A stretch of 63,537 nucleotides of DNA, the filler included, from Catajapyx aquilonaris (lineage: Eukaryota): the NCBI GenBank assembly GCA_000934665.2. It is 2 parts of 2 records of this genome, joined end to end, with 100 filler letters (N's around TTAATTAATTAA, not from the genome) between each part and the next. Parts side by side here need not be neighbours in the genome. Positions count along the whole stretch, not along the records: positions 31,976 to 63,537 come from KZ539160.1; 1 more part is not named here. One strand, given 5' to 3'. Within the stretch, counting starts at the first letter, position 1. Each line of letters opens with the position of its first letter. Below, piece by piece: positions 36,885 to 50,512 of this stretch. Both the position numbers and the translations under genes were made by a program. A model generated the notes under the pieces. The model saw only the letters and a program-made list of their open reading frames with translations, did no database searches and was not told the origin of the DNA.

Positions 36885-39800
36885 GGTACAATAGAGTTCA
36901 TTTTTGAAAATAGAAACATGTGCAGCAAGGGTAGAAGGGCTTATTACGACATTTTCGGCCTTTATGAAGTCCTGTACAGGCATGTAGGCAGATTTTGTTT
37001 TCGGAGGGGCGCTAATTTCATAAGCACATGGGGAACAAGCCGTAAAGGGCAGGGAGGCAGCCCGCCACAGGCGAATTTTTTTTTTAGGGGTTCAAGGAGA
37101 TTTGAAGCACTTTTTCCAAAAAAATCAGGAATTAGTAATCTCTAATGCTATTTCAAACTGTCCTGTATATCGTCGCGGTCCGCCAGTTGAATCGCCCTGC
37201 CCTAGGGGGATATTATATAACCAATCATGGGGCCCAGTACATTACCCAGGAATTTCTATACAGGGTGTTTCTTACTAGTAGGTCAACCAGAAGTCAGCAT
37301 ATTCCTTGGCCCAAACCAGGTCTAAAATGCAGGGGGGAGAAATGTCAAGGGACCAACCGGTAATGTGATAGACGATCAGAAACATTGGCCTACCCCTAGA
37401 CCAGTGGTTTTCAACCGGGGGGTCGTGGACAGGGTCGCGGGGGGTCGCGAGCCTTGGTTCAACTGTTTGTTTTGTTTTGCAATTTCTGGGTAAATTGGAC
37501 CATTTCTGCGGCTGTACAGAGTGTATGTTTCCCTGGAAAGGGGGCAGTAGTAGAAGGGACCGGGGGAGGGGAGGATGGTGGGGGCGGGGGGTGGGGGCGT
37601 CGCACATTTTTATGGAAATATGTTTAGGGGGTCGCAGTTGGTAAAAGGTTGGAAACCACTGCCCTAGACACATGCTGCAAAACACACGAAACCTCATTGT
37701 AGGGAGATCTGGCAGACGGACTGTAGCGCCTTACAGGGGTTGCCTAGGGAGCAGGATATAAGCATGATAATCACTTTTGCAAAAGATGTGATCTCCCAAA
37801 ATCCTATCGGTCATGATTATCACTCATATTCTGCTCCCTAGGCGAATGCTGTAAGGTGTGCAAGTCCGTATGCCAGGAGAGCTCCCTACCGAGCGGGGCA
37901 GTGTGTTGCCATATACGCCTAGGGGTAGGCCATTGTTTCTGTTCATTTACCTTGTTACCAGTCAGCCCTTCGACATTTCTCCCCCCTACATTTTAGACTT
38001 GGTTTGGGCCAAGAAATATGCTGCCTGCCATGCCAGTTGACCTACTAGTAAGAAACACCCTGTAAAGAGGGTGATTCAAAGTACTTGTATGATTGGTGTT
38101 GCAATTTTTAGCACTAACTGCTTGTTATCAGTTACTCTAGCATAGTTACTTGTTATGCTATAGATGTAAAGCTACTACTATTAGGTCAAATTGAAAGCCA
38201 TGGTCTTAGAATACGGAAGTCTGGAAACTCCCCCGCCCTTTTTGTGTGCCATTAGATGGTCCCGCCTATGCGCTGGTCTATCTCGATGTAGCGCCTCACT
38301 CAACATCGCAACGAGTGGTGATCCTGACGGAGACAGACGAAGCCTCCCAACTGCCAATTCAAATCTGTTCTAGTCTCCAAGTAGTGAGACTTCGAACCTC
38401 TTCAAACCGTCAAACCATTAGTCACACCCAATGCAAACCACTAGGCATCCTAAATAAGGAGCAGCTTGCAGGCTTATAACACTTGCATAGTTCGCAATAC
38501 CACGACCTGGTACTTGTAGTGCTGCTTGGCCCTACAGAGCAGTTTCGTGTTCGCATCCGCATTCAGCCACCAATCTATGCCGATTGTGATGCTGGTACCA
38601 TATGCAAAATCGTTGTCATAAGTGCTTCTAAATACAGAGTTGTCTGTTAGGATCACTACCCATTGCGCTTGGTCTGAAGGTCATGTTAGGTATGGGCAAG
38701 CTTGGTCTACACGGCGGTATATTTATCTTTCGGATGTTGCTTTTAGTTTTGAAGTTATAAGACGAAACATTATCACCCATTTTTGTAACGCGTTACGCTT
38801 GACTTTTCTTGCATGACCCCCAGTACTGATCCTATTTTGAAGATGTATTCACATCAATACCAGCTAGTGTGCAATTGGCTATGGCCATAATTGGTGCAAC
38901 CACCCTATTGATACATATCCAGGAGGTGACCATGGGCAACCTTTTTCCTAAATAAAAACCTGTAAAGAATTTCAGGGGTGATGTGGACTGGCACAAACCA
39001 CAGAAATACTGCTAGGATGGTAAAGAAGCAAGGATCTTGCTTAGGCTGGGGTAGTAAGTAAGGTAGTAAACAGGGAAATCTGCAGGATGATTGTTTTGCT
39101 TTGGAGATTCACATTTCTGGTATTTAAAAGAGATGAATAATAGTGTTCATTTAAAAAACTTCAGACTTTCTGGGTGCAAAACGTCATTATATCATAGTGG
39201 GGTCATTTTAAAATTGCCAGCCTGTAGTAACTGGCAAGTGCTCTCTGATATGAATAAGTTTATAATATACAGTATTATACTACGTTTCCTGGACCTTGTC
39301 TACCCCTACCAAATTCCTGACTCTTGGAAGTTAATGATTATGAAATCAAGAAAATGTGTGCATTTCCATGGCATATACATGAGTCAACATGTTCCACTTT
39401 CCTTCACGGCTGCAATTTTTCCGCCATTTATTGGTGAGCACATGGCTTCTCACCTTGCTTTATATTAACCCCTTCGCTACCAGCTAGGCCGAAAACGCCT
39501 AGATTTTGGCTTATGCGTACGCTGAAGATACAGACAAAATATTTTACCAATCATAACAGCTACACCTACCTGTTCAGGGAAAACACTATGAATGTGTTGG
39601 GAACTATTTTACTCCTCTAGAAATCCTTAAATTAATTTCCAAAAAGAACGCTGCAGAGTAGCTATACTGAAAATCCCTAGATTTTTGCTTACGCATACTC
39701 AGACAATAATGACAAGATATTTTACAAATACAGGAAGTCCCCGGTTTACGAATGACCCAGCTTATGGCAATCCGTACTTATGAACGGGCTCCCAAGGCTC

Positions 39801-42800
39801 CACAGAAGGATAATTTTAATTTATCCCTCCACTTTCATCACTTCTGCGTACGTTAACCGACACCAAGTTCAACATAAATACTGCATAATAAATAAATAAT
39901 TGGGAAACTATGTTCTTCGGCTCATGTAAACAAACAAACATGACATACTTGGGTTGATTCATAAGTCGTGGCGTGTATGTTTTAATTAAAAAATGGTAAC
40001 ACATACAGAGATGACCTTTGCAGAGTTTTGAAGCTCCGGTGATTACATTTTGATCTGGCATATAGATGCCGCCCATATCGCACGGGGGACCGGAAAACAA
40101 AAGGGGATCGTGAGTGGACTGCACCATTGCCCTAAGACAGCTCCAGCCTGATGCGCTTGGAGCTGTTGGAAGCTGCATGCGGGACACTCAGAGATGGACA
40201 GCACGGGAGTTTGCTTTCGAGTGTGGGACAAGTCAGAGCACTGTGACGCGAGCCTTGTGTCATCCATCGCCACAAACAGTTCTCTAAAAACCATTACCCT
40301 CAATGCGATAGAGTTCCAAGCGAAGGCAAAATGGTGGCTCTTTTGCACCTCAAAGAGATGGTGAGGAACCAGTGAGGATGCCAACTTCCTGAGACCTTTC
40401 AGTCTTTCAGAGTCCTAAGCATAGTGCTCTGACATGTTCCACACTCAAAATCAATCTCCCGTGTTGTCCATCGGCGAGTGTCTCCCATGCAGTGTCAAAC
40501 AGCTCCAGGCGCATCACACTCGGGCCGTCTTAGGTGCGGGGGGGGGGGGGGNNNNNNNNNNNNNNNNNNNNNNNNCTCCCCCCCCCCCCCAACCACCATA
40601 TGGGCGACATCTATATGCCAGATAAAATTGTAATCGCTGGATCTTCACAATGCAGCAAAGGTCATCTCTGTATGTGTTTTTGAATAAAAAAATATGTGCC
40701 ATGATTTATGAATCAACCCACATATAAGTAGTTTTTTGGAGCAACATATGTACGCTGTATATATGCGCTGTTCCTCGGGGATCCAAGTTAACATGCAATC
40801 CAACTTATGGACATTTTCAGGAAAGGCGTAACCCACTTCATATACCGGGGACTTCTTGTAATAACAGATATACTTACACGTTCAGGGAAAACACTATGAA
40901 TGTGTTAAGAACCATTTTCCTCGTCTAGAAGTTCCTAAATAAATTTTCAAAGATGTTGCTGTAAAAACTAGAAATTCAAGTACTACCAGCCAAGTGTTAG
41001 GCTGATTTAATTATAAAATACATTAACACATACGAATCATCTACCTTGAAAACCATGCCAGATGAATTTGCTGAAATCGTTGTACTTCACCAGAAATAAT
41101 GAATTTGGGAGTTTTCCGAAGTTCCAGCAAGTCGCAGATAATAATTAATTTAATTCTCGTGAAGTACAACGATTTCAGCAAAATCGTCTGGCACAGTTCT
41201 CAAGGTTGTTAGTCCATGTGTTTTAATGTATTTCATAATTAAATCAGCCTAACAGTTGGCCTGTAGTACTTGAATTTCAAGTTTTTAGAGCTATCTTTTT
41301 GAAAATTAATTTTGGGACTTCTAGGCGAGGAAAATTGTTCCCAACACATTCATAGTGTTTTCCCTGAATGGCTAAGTATATTTGTTATGATTAGTAAAAT
41401 AACATGTTGTCATTATCTTGAGAGTACGTGTAAGCAAAAATCTAGGTGTTTTCAATATAGCTACTCTGCAGCGTTCTTTTTGGATATTAATTTAGGGACT
41501 TCTATAGGAGTAAAATATCTTGTCTGTATCTTCCGAGTAAGCATAAGCTAAAATTTAGGCATTTTCGGCCTAGCTGGTAGCGAAGGGGTTAACTCCTGCC
41601 ATTAATATGACTGCATTTGTTTAGAGCAGGAAAAATGTTTTATGAACTCTGATCAGTTATGGTTTATTGATAACGCTTGTTTTATAACATTCGAACATGT
41701 TGCATCTGAGACCTGGTGAGGCCTCACTGTGCAAGCATACTCGTAATTCTTATTGCTAAATCCACCTTGGTTAAAAAGATCAGGCTTAGGAAGAGGCCTG
41801 TTTCCATGTAGGTTCCCAAGCCAACCTTACGACTTTGCAGTGAGAGTTAGGAGTAAGTTAGTAAGCAAGCCAAGAAAACAGGATATTATACCAGATCGAG
41901 ATCAGAGCATTCATGTAAAGAATATTTAATCTGGGGGTAGTGTCTAAAGACATGTTGACATACTTGAAGCAATAGTATTGGATAAAAATTGTGCCGTAGA
42001 GAGTAGTGCCACAGCCTTCCACATCTGAGGTCCTGAGTACAATCCCCAGGTTGGGAGAAGGAACATCTCATGTGGAAAGAGTTTCGTTCCCATGGGTTCT
42101 CTGTGGGTTCTCCCATTTCCTCCTACAAGCAAAATCCGCCACAATGCAATCAATGCATAAAGTCCATTCATTTAAAAGGTGATCCTCCTAAAATGTCTCC
42201 AATGGATCTTTGATGGGATATTGCATTATTGTAATAAATTATTCTGTATAAAAATCAAGGCAGCATTATTATACAGGGTGTTTCAATCATTGATGTGTCA
42301 TTATTTTGTGACTTTTCTTTTTAACTTTATTCTCTATTGAATTTAGGAGGTAGGTGGGTAGCGTGGCAGCTCTGGCAGATGGTAGGGATGAAAGAGTTGT
42401 GCACAAATATTATGTGTCATTCCTGACCGCATCCAGTCACGTGTGGCGGGTCTGCCGGTCCCTGCTGACCGGTTGTGTGTCGCCGCGACTGATATCAGTG
42501 ATATGTAAATGATTGATTAATCGTGATTAATAAATTGCTACATATAATTGATTTCGAAGCTTGTGAGGTGATATTCTACTCGTTCGCGCCACCCTATACC
42601 ATGCTACAGTCACTGCGACCAGGACCTACGACCCGCGACCGGCTGCTAGTGTTGTAGCTTCGGAATATCGCCTTTTGCCTTGTATTTTGACGTGAAAATT
42701 AGCAGCAGAGGTGATGTTTGCACAACACTATAGGCCAAGCAGCATTAGAAAATCCAAAAAATGTCAAAATTTAGGCAGGTAAAAAGAGTGAGTTTGCTTG

Positions 42801-44641
42801 TAAGGTCTGTTACATGACTAGTAGGAAGAAAAACTTTGCAATGCTGGTTTTATGCCAAGAAATATTTGAATGCGATATTCCTCCATATTTCTTGCCTACA
42901 TGTTTGGTTCCCAAAATCTGATGTGCATTAATTAGTGAGATGTATCCTAACACACTGGAACATTCCAACAGAGGTTGTTTGAGATGTGTTTGGCAACAAT
43001 TTCCTAGCAATATAACTATTTGTGAATGACAAATCATACACTGTATTTTCAGTTCATTTCCATTGCGACTGAAATTTTTCATCGGACGTATGCACCATCC
43101 CTTTATTCATATTACAAGTGTCTGAAAAACAAGCTTGTAATAGGGAAGTAAAGCTGTGGTCATTCTCTTGCAGGCATCTGGGATTGGACTGACATCCCTG
43201 GATTCCCGTGTTATGAGGCTGAAGGACCTACAACTCCTCGACCTGTCCCGAAACAACCTGAAGGAACTTCCTTCTGGCTTTGGATTGGCATTCCACTGGC
43301 TTAGCGAACTCTCCTTGGAGGGGAATAAACTTACCCAATTTCCAGGAGAAGTCTTAGCTACAAGTCTGGCAAAAAGTCTGAAGGTCCTCAATCTTTCTCA
43401 CAACATGGTATGCATTAATTTTAATCTATTTTTTAAATGTTGATCTGTTTTCCTGGGCAAGCATGTGCTCTTGAGTGGGGAGATGTCCATTTAAAAAGTT
43501 ATATACCAGCCCATGGCCTGTTACAGAGCAGGATCATGGAAGTGGAGTATTAACCCTTTGTCTCCTGTGACCATGTGAGTTGTATGATCATACGACCACA
43601 TACAGGGTGAAGAGAAACTCGCGGACAATTGCCAGGTAAACTTATAGTACTCGCAAAACTAATATAGGGATGTGCAATTAGATTTTGGCTCCGTTGCGTA
43701 GTTAATGCATACGGCACATGTAAAGTGTAGAGGGTCGGATGGTAAAATACGAGGTAAAAACGACAACGTGCACAGGTGTCGTACCCGGATTCTTACTCTG
43801 ACGGGATTTGATCACCTATTGCACATGGACGATGTGTTACGGGACCAAGGCAAGGGACCGGAGGCCCTCGAACTGACTTTTACTTCTTTGAAGCTGACGG
43901 GACGGATGTGACATCACAACACTTTGGCGGTGTCATAAGCATTAACTATGCAACGAAGCCCAAAACTAATAGCACATCCCTATGTTAGTTTTTATCAGTC
44001 TACCTGGCGATTGTCCGCAAGTTTCCCTTCACCTGTATAATAAATTTTTTAAATTAATTGGCATCACCCTGATGGAAATGTTTTTGGCCATAGTCGTAGG
44101 AAAATAATGTTTGTAGTTTAAATGTTCAGGCATATTTACGCCACTCCCGTGATATTTTTAATGGCATGATGTCATAGTCCAAAGGTCTCATTCATTTTAA
44201 ACAAACACTTACTGTATGAATTTAAATACACAGCTCCTTGCCGTAAATTTCCAGGTAAGTGGACGTGCAGCAGAAAACCGTAAAAAAAAAGAGAGAGAGA
44301 AAATACCCTAAATTCTGCGACTTACTTTTCGCCGCGGAAAAAATCAGAAAGACCTGGGCAACACTACGCCTCCTCTCCTGCTGCCATTGTGGTCGTGAAA
44401 GTGGCCTCACTCCTAATTGGCCTGGCAGACTGCTGGGAGCTCTGGGCAGTGGCCACTTGCCACCTGACAGCCTTTTTTTTGCACCTTCCTCCTTTTACGA
44501 GTAAACTTGACCTTTAAAAAAATTTTAACGGACACTTGATGTTTTCATAATTTATTAGACGGAGTGGGCAATCATGTAGAATTATCTTGGAAATTTACGA
44601 GTGGAAGTCCCTTTTTAAAAACCGCGTAGATGTCGCAATAG

Positions 44642-44690
<49 letters not shown>

Positions 44691-47600
44691 TCTGTATGAA
44701 AATGGTATCTTATGTGATAGGAAGTTAGGTAAGGTAGGTGTACCAGTAGTGGACGTGGTCCCAAAGGTGGACGTCGGAGACTTTGAACCTAAATAACAAT
44801 GCAAATGAGACATCTCGTTGTTGTGTGTCCAGACCGTTTAAACAACCAAAACCTTAAATCTCTTGCTATGTATATTTTTTACTGCTCTTTGAAACTAGGG
44901 ACATTCATTTTGGACACCCTGTAGTTCTGGTATTGCACATAAAATATGTCCACACACGCACTTGCACAACCCAGTCACTATGCCACAATGCACAAGATAC
45001 CGACACGGAAGTACAGTGCTGGCTATATATCGAGGTAACCGCCAGCGACACTTTTCCGAAGCGGCAGAAGAAGGAATCGAAGATAAGCATGCTACAAGCC
45101 GGGCGAGCAAGATTCCTTCTTCTGCCGCTTCGGAAAAATGTCGCTGGTGGTTGCCTCGATATATGGCCAGCACTGTACCAAGCACAGTAAAATAACAACT
45201 CTACTATGCACACAGCTGAAGAAGAGCTATGCAGAGGCATGCCAGCTCTAGAATTGGTCGAAATAGGAAACCACATCTTTGGACCAGACAATTGTGAACA
45301 AAGACTGTGCCTGTATGTGTGATTTCACATAACCATAAATAAATTACAATATTTCACAGTATAGGCTGAACCACATACGTTCTAATGGTGTAAATTTTAA
45401 ATTTACCTTGCTCGAGGGGTTTTCTAGTCACTCCATTAACCCTGAAAAAAATACCCATCCGCTAATCAATAAGGTCGAGATTTCAATGACACAGTAGTAG
45501 TCTGTATTTTTTTTCACCCAGAAGACATTTCCTAATTAAAATTAAACTTATACATGTGTATACAACAGAGGTGTGGGTATCAGTGTGTTTATTCTCAAGC
45601 ATTTCAACCGATGGACATGGGCAAGGTCAAAGGTCACAAAACTTGACCTCGCGAAAATGATTTTCCTTCATTGAAAAATTCGTTTGATGCATCCATCGTC
45701 TCCTCCACACTATTTCGAATCTATCGACATGCGAAAAGTCGCGGTAGAGTAAGTACTTACCGAGATGCGATTTTTGAGTCCATGTTTTGGATTTTCTTCA
45801 ATTTTGACCATGGCATAACTCTTGATCTATTGAACGTAGGTGTCTGAAAATTGGGTATTTACTTACTTGTCCAGTTTGGGACCTGCGTGCAAAATTTCAT
45901 CAAAAGCAAAAAATGGAGGGTGTTATTCTGAGGAAAGAAAGGGGCGTTTTGTCCTGGAATGACCCTGATGTGAAAAAATGAATATCAATTTTTTCCTACT
46001 ACTAGTATTGCCAAATCTGTTTGAAAGGTGTTGGGCTCATGTAGATGTTCTTTATTGATAAGTGTTGTTTTTACTGCTCTGCCTTCAACAATGTATGCCT
46101 TGTTTTCAAACCAGAGTTATGTATTATAATGAAGCATTGTTTCCTTGCTTTTCATTGAAACAGCATTTTTACACAGTAAGTTATTTTGACTCTTGTGGAA
46201 AATGCAATGTGCTAATAAATTGATAAGAGGAGCCACTAAATTTTTTAAACAAAATCCGATTTACAGATGTGCACTTTATTCTTATACCACTCCAGTCAAG
46301 AAGGTTAATCTTGTATGTCTTGTACCATTTCAGTTACATTACCTACCTGATGAGCTATGCCAATTATCAGCACTACGATTTCTGAGGGCCGGCCACAACC
46401 GTCTTCAGCACCTTCCACTCAACATAGGCCAAATGCCAAATTTGAGAGAGGTGCACCTGAACAACAATGCCCTAGTGGCCCTGCCAATTAGTATGGTGTA
46501 CCACCAGTTTGTCACTATTGATGTCTCTCACAATCCTTTCAATGCACCTCATGGACTTACGAAGAGTATGAACCAGGTGCCGTCTCTGCTGGAGTGGGCT
46601 GCAAAATCCGTCAAGGCCAACAAGTATGTATGTTGAAGAAGGAAAGGACATGGCACAAAATGTATGGGCCAGTGGCCTTCCGTTGGATTTGCCTGAAAAT
46701 TGGATATGTTGTAGCCCAGACCGTCCTGATCAATGTTAGATAGGGACATTTCGAGGTAGGACCTACAGGGAGCGTGCTAATGACCTCCAAAGGTAATATG
46801 GGACATGGTCTGGTTTTCCGTTCTATTTACCTGAAAATTGGATATGTTGCAGCCTGGACTGTCCTGATCAATGTTGGATTGGAACACTTCGAGGTAGGAC
46901 GTACAGGGAGTGTGCTAATATAATATGGGGAGTAGTTGCTACTCCCCATATTACCTTCTGAGGTCATTAACACGCTCCCTGTAGGTCCTACCTCAAAATG
47001 TTCCAATCCAACTGATCAGGACGGTCCAGGCTGCAACATATCCCATTTTCAGGCAAATGAAACGGTAGGCCACTGACCCATACATTTTGTGCCATGTCCT
47101 TTCAGAAGGGACAAGCAGCCAGGGTTGTACTGTAGAATGGGAAGGGAAAAATGATGAATGCATGGATTTGTGGTTATTTTGCATTATGGAAATGGGTTTT
47201 GGGTAAATGGGCAAAGTCTTTAATGGGATTAGATGTTGATTTAGTAATAGAAATAAATTTGTGTCCATTATATTCATGCTCTTATATAAAATGTAGGTTT
47301 TGCGCATGCATTCTTAGAGCTGAAGGACAGGTTATATGATCGAAGGTCAATTCTCCACAATTTGTTAATCTCAATATGCCAATTTGGTTTACTGTGGCAA
47401 GTGGTAGATGCAAAACAAGTTGATTGACTATTACTTTTAGTCTACCCTCTGATTGTCAGCATGATAATTCCGAAAGTGCTTTTTTGGCCGTCCTTTGCCT
47501 TGGCTGCAATTAAGAGTGCATCAACTCCGGCCTTTTGTGATGAATGTAAACCACATTTCTTGGACTTAGCGATCATTAATATATTTAAGACACAATGCTT

Positions 47601-48348
47601 GCACCCCATTGGTTGCTTTGCTTACCATTTTATGCCATGAAGCAAATGTTTTCTTGGTGAAGCAAACAATCGCTGCAAAAATGGAACCTCCTTGCCCCTG
47701 TTTCAGAGGAAAGCCCCTAAAAGAGTAGCTGATCACTCTTTTTTGATAGAGTGGTTAGGTCTGGGAAGTAAGATGGCGGCCCTAGTAGGCCCATTGCTTT
47801 CGAGCATTGCTGGTGGGTGTTTGGGTTGCAGGTCTTGTCTCATCCCCTTCTAGTCGACCATCAACATATTTTTTTCCAAATGGATGGTTAACCATTTGTC
47901 GCGAAACTATCACATCTACTAGCTCCACCTCATTGTTGTAGATAGCATCTACAATCCAATTTATTATCAGTCATGCAACTGGCCATAAATCTGTCATTAA
48001 CAAGGGAATAAGAAGGTCAATTACATGATAAATTAATTTTACACAATGAATTGGATCATTTTAATAAGTTCGGTTAGAAAATGATTGGGATGTTACATTT
48101 TTCTGTTTTGATTTTGCAGCATGCACCCCTCATCTGATGACATTCCTGCAGTCCTGGTGAAGTACCTGCAGAGTCCCACTCTTTGCATCTGCGGGAAGTA
48201 TTGCTTTGATACATGCCTGGAAGGTGTGAAACAGCTGAAAGTCACTAGCTGCAAGATGGTACTAGTCATGTTCACTTCAACACAGGCATCTGTTGAAGGC
48301 AAGTTCTGCTCTCATGAGTGCTGGAACAGCAAGGAGTTTTTGCCGTGA
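33673..48348 (+). CDS. LRR1: Leucine-rich repeat protein 1 (CRL2 substrate receptor), 5' end unresolved; exons 33673-33984, 43174-43407, 46334-46623, 48120-48348
   Basis: PH-like VFTKFANEGKVTLRFGNPPHDILL, LRRs, BC-box-like PSLLEWAAKSV, C-terminal CICGKYC...FCSHEC. Phases 0, 0, 2 are consistent. Confidence 0.88.
34952..35919. mobile_element. TA-flanked MITE containing a nested inverted-repeat element (~35015-35848)
   Basis: Ends CAAGGTGATCCAAAATACT / AGTATTTTGGATCATCCTG; inner CTAACAAGACGGG / CCCGTCTTATTAG. Confidence 0.7.
35924..36346. mobile_element. Tc1/mariner-type MITE
   Basis: Long imperfect TIRs CAGGGTGC.../...GCACCCTG with TA on both flanks. Confidence 0.8.
36453..37199. mobile_element. 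hAT MITE carrying a nested SINE
   Basis: TIR CAGGGGTATTCAACT / AGTTGAATCGCCCTG; TSD CCCTAGGG on both sides. Confidence 0.8.
36563..36883 (+). mobile_element. tRNA-derived SINE with a V-domain-like core and (TTA)n tail; older copy at ~41985-42235
   Basis: A box GGTGGCGGAGTGG, B box GAGTTCGATCC, core GTTCTCTCCGTGTTCGCGTGGGTTTTCTCGGGGTTCTCCCATTTCCTCCC, TSD ATGGTACAA. Confidence 0.8.
37261..38062. mobile_element. TA-flanked MITE with a nested hAT MITE (37402-37661)
   Basis: Outer CAGGGTGTTTCTTACTAGTAGGTCAAC is inverted at the right end; inner CAGTGGTTT..AAACCACTG has TSD CCCTAGAC. Confidence 0.85.
39469..41588. mobile_element. TTAA-flanked (piggyBac-like) non-autonomous foldback element with a nested TA-flanked element (39731-40858)
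   Basis: TTAA|CCCCTTCGCTACCAGCTAGGCCGAAAA ... TTTTCGGCCTAGCTGGTAGCGAAGGGG|TTAA; inner CAGGAAGTCCCCGG / CCGGGGACTTCTTG. Confidence 0.85.
43603..44035. mobile_element. TA-flanked MITE
   Basis: CAGGGTGAAGAGAAACTCGCGGACAAT / ATTGTCCGCAAGTTTCCCTTCACCTG. Confidence 0.75.
45011..45178. repeat. Near-perfect hairpin (MITE-like)
   Basis: Arms of ~68 bp, GTACAGTGCTGG...GAAGGAATC / GATTCCTTC...CCAGCACTGTAC. Confidence 0.85.
46642..47103. mobile_element. Inverted-repeat element with internal duplication at the start of the last LRR1 intron
   Basis: GAAAGGACATGGCACAAAATGTATGGG / CCCATACATTTTGTGCCATGTCCTTTC. Confidence 0.75.
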
Positions 48349-50403
48349 TCTGTTGACGTGTATGTTATCTCACATACTTAAGGTGTTGTACCTTGTCACC
48401 TGGAAGAATAAAAAAGATCATAACAGGGATTTGAAATTACTGTTAGCATAGCAACATTAGGCCTCAGCCCCCTCACATACAGGGTTCTAAGATGCACCCT
48501 ATTTTTTCCCGTATTTTTAATGACAAAAATGCATCTTAGATTCGAGTAAATATGGTATAGAGTTTAAGTAAACAGTGTCATATTCACACTAATGAATACC
48601 CAAGGTCTTGGCAAAAAATTTAAACTATTGCATCCTGATGTGTATGTAACCCATGTTTCTGTTATTGATTATTTATTGGGGAGGAAGCTGTCCTCTCTCC
48701 AGTAAGACAACAAATTACAGCAAGGCTTGTATTCTAGAGGCCATTCGCAGCACCCTGGCATTGGGGACAGTTACTTGCTACTCTCATATGGTAAATTGGA
48801 AATGATCTGGCCACCAATACCTGGTCAGCCCAAAACCAGTTCAAGAAATGGCCAAGGTTGGAAATGTGTGCTGTACGCACATGTGAGGCCAGTCCACACC
48901 CTTGATCAGTGGTCTAGAAACCTTGTTTGGTTGCCAAAAGACAGTGTCTGCAAGGTCACCTTATATCACCAAAAACACATCCAAAAGAAAAATGGTAATA
49001 CTCTCTGGGAATTAATCTATTTCCACTGTGTGGTTAGTAGAGTTGGCGTTATGACTTCTTCAGTAGTTTCTGGGCCACATAGATTATGGGTTTTCACCGG
49101 CTCTTGAACCACTGGAAGAGATCACCATTGTCAACAAGGAGAATGTGATAAGTGATTGTATGGTCCATTCTACAGTAGCATCACATGTCATCCAAAAGTA
49201 TAAAGTGATACTTACAGGGTGATTGCAATGGTTGTTGAACTTAAGGAGCATATACTGGGGTCGGAGTAGTGCAACTTTGGTACAGGAACCTGTGACCTCC
49301 AAAGTAATCGTGAGTTAGTATGAGCCTGTGATTGTGGAACGTTGTGCACATAATCGTCTGCATATCTGCCTTCCTAAAGAAAAAGGCCCTATCTACCTGC
49401 ACGCGACCTTTGTCCTTACCAGTTTTGCATGCAGGGTTTTTTTCCCCTTGGAACAGCAGATATAGGCAGATACATATTACAGTAACCTGTACTGCTGTAA
49501 CATTGGATTTCCAACAGTACAGGGATTCAGGTTTCAGAAGAGCAAACATTTTCTGATAATAAACAGGGTTGAAGTTCTAATTCACATTGACCTCTGGCTT
49601 TTTCTGTGTAACATTTTCAACTTTTTTCAAAAAAACATATCACCTAATATTCCATTAATATAGTCCGGATTTTTAGGCACGAAAAACCTCAAATAGGCAC
49701 AAAAATTTTACTTTTTTGGGAGTATGGAGGATAATGTTACAGAAAATATAAAAAGCTAGAATAATTTTATAGGCCTAAAGTATAAATATAAGATCACAAA
49801 CCAGAGCAAAACCTGAATAACAACGATAAACGGACCGGAAATTACGAAACTTGGGCAAGCAAGTATCACTTGTGCTGGACTCTACCACTGATAGCCAGTT
49901 TTCACTTGCACAATATGTTACCAAATATTTTTCTAAATTTTCTTCTGTTTGGAACAATAAGAGAAAAATTTAGAAAAATATTTGGCATACATGTCACAGA
50001 AACATGATTCGTAGTATTACTTCTGAACGATTTTGGTCCTTTCAGGAGCGCAAAAAATACTCTGCTAAAAAAAACCAACATGCCTGTGAAGAAATAGGCC
50101 CAAATAAGCATGAAAAGTCGTAAGAAGCCAGAATAGGCAAAATAGTTCCCAAACCACAAAATATACCATTTTAGGCACTCTAAAACCTACATTTTCCACA
50201 TCCTGCACTTATGAAATGGATAGATCTCTTCACAAAACCATCCCAAATTCTGTTAAGGATCTAAATAGGCACTTGCCTAAAAAGCCGGACTCGATCCATA
50301 AAATACCCCATGAGTTAGATACGCAAGCATGCTGTGCTATCCTTGTGCCACTTTTTCACGTGACCTGCTTCACATGTGAGCCTCAGGTTGTCCACCCTTA
50401 ACC

Positions 50404-50512
50404 AGGGATGGAAAAAGAACCGCTTCTTTGGGCGGTAAGCGGTTCTTTTTCTATCCCTGCACATGGAAAAAAGAAGCGCTTCTTGGAAGGAAGCGGTACT
50501 TTTTCCATCCCT
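50404..50512. repeat. Short double palindrome / mini-MITE
   Basis: CAGGGATGGAAAAAG...CTTTTTC(T/C)ATCCCTG, with the right end present twice. Confidence 0.65.

Noticed and set aside
36648..37145. 165-aa poly-Tyr ORF
   Set aside because: It is the SINE body plus its (TTA)n tail.
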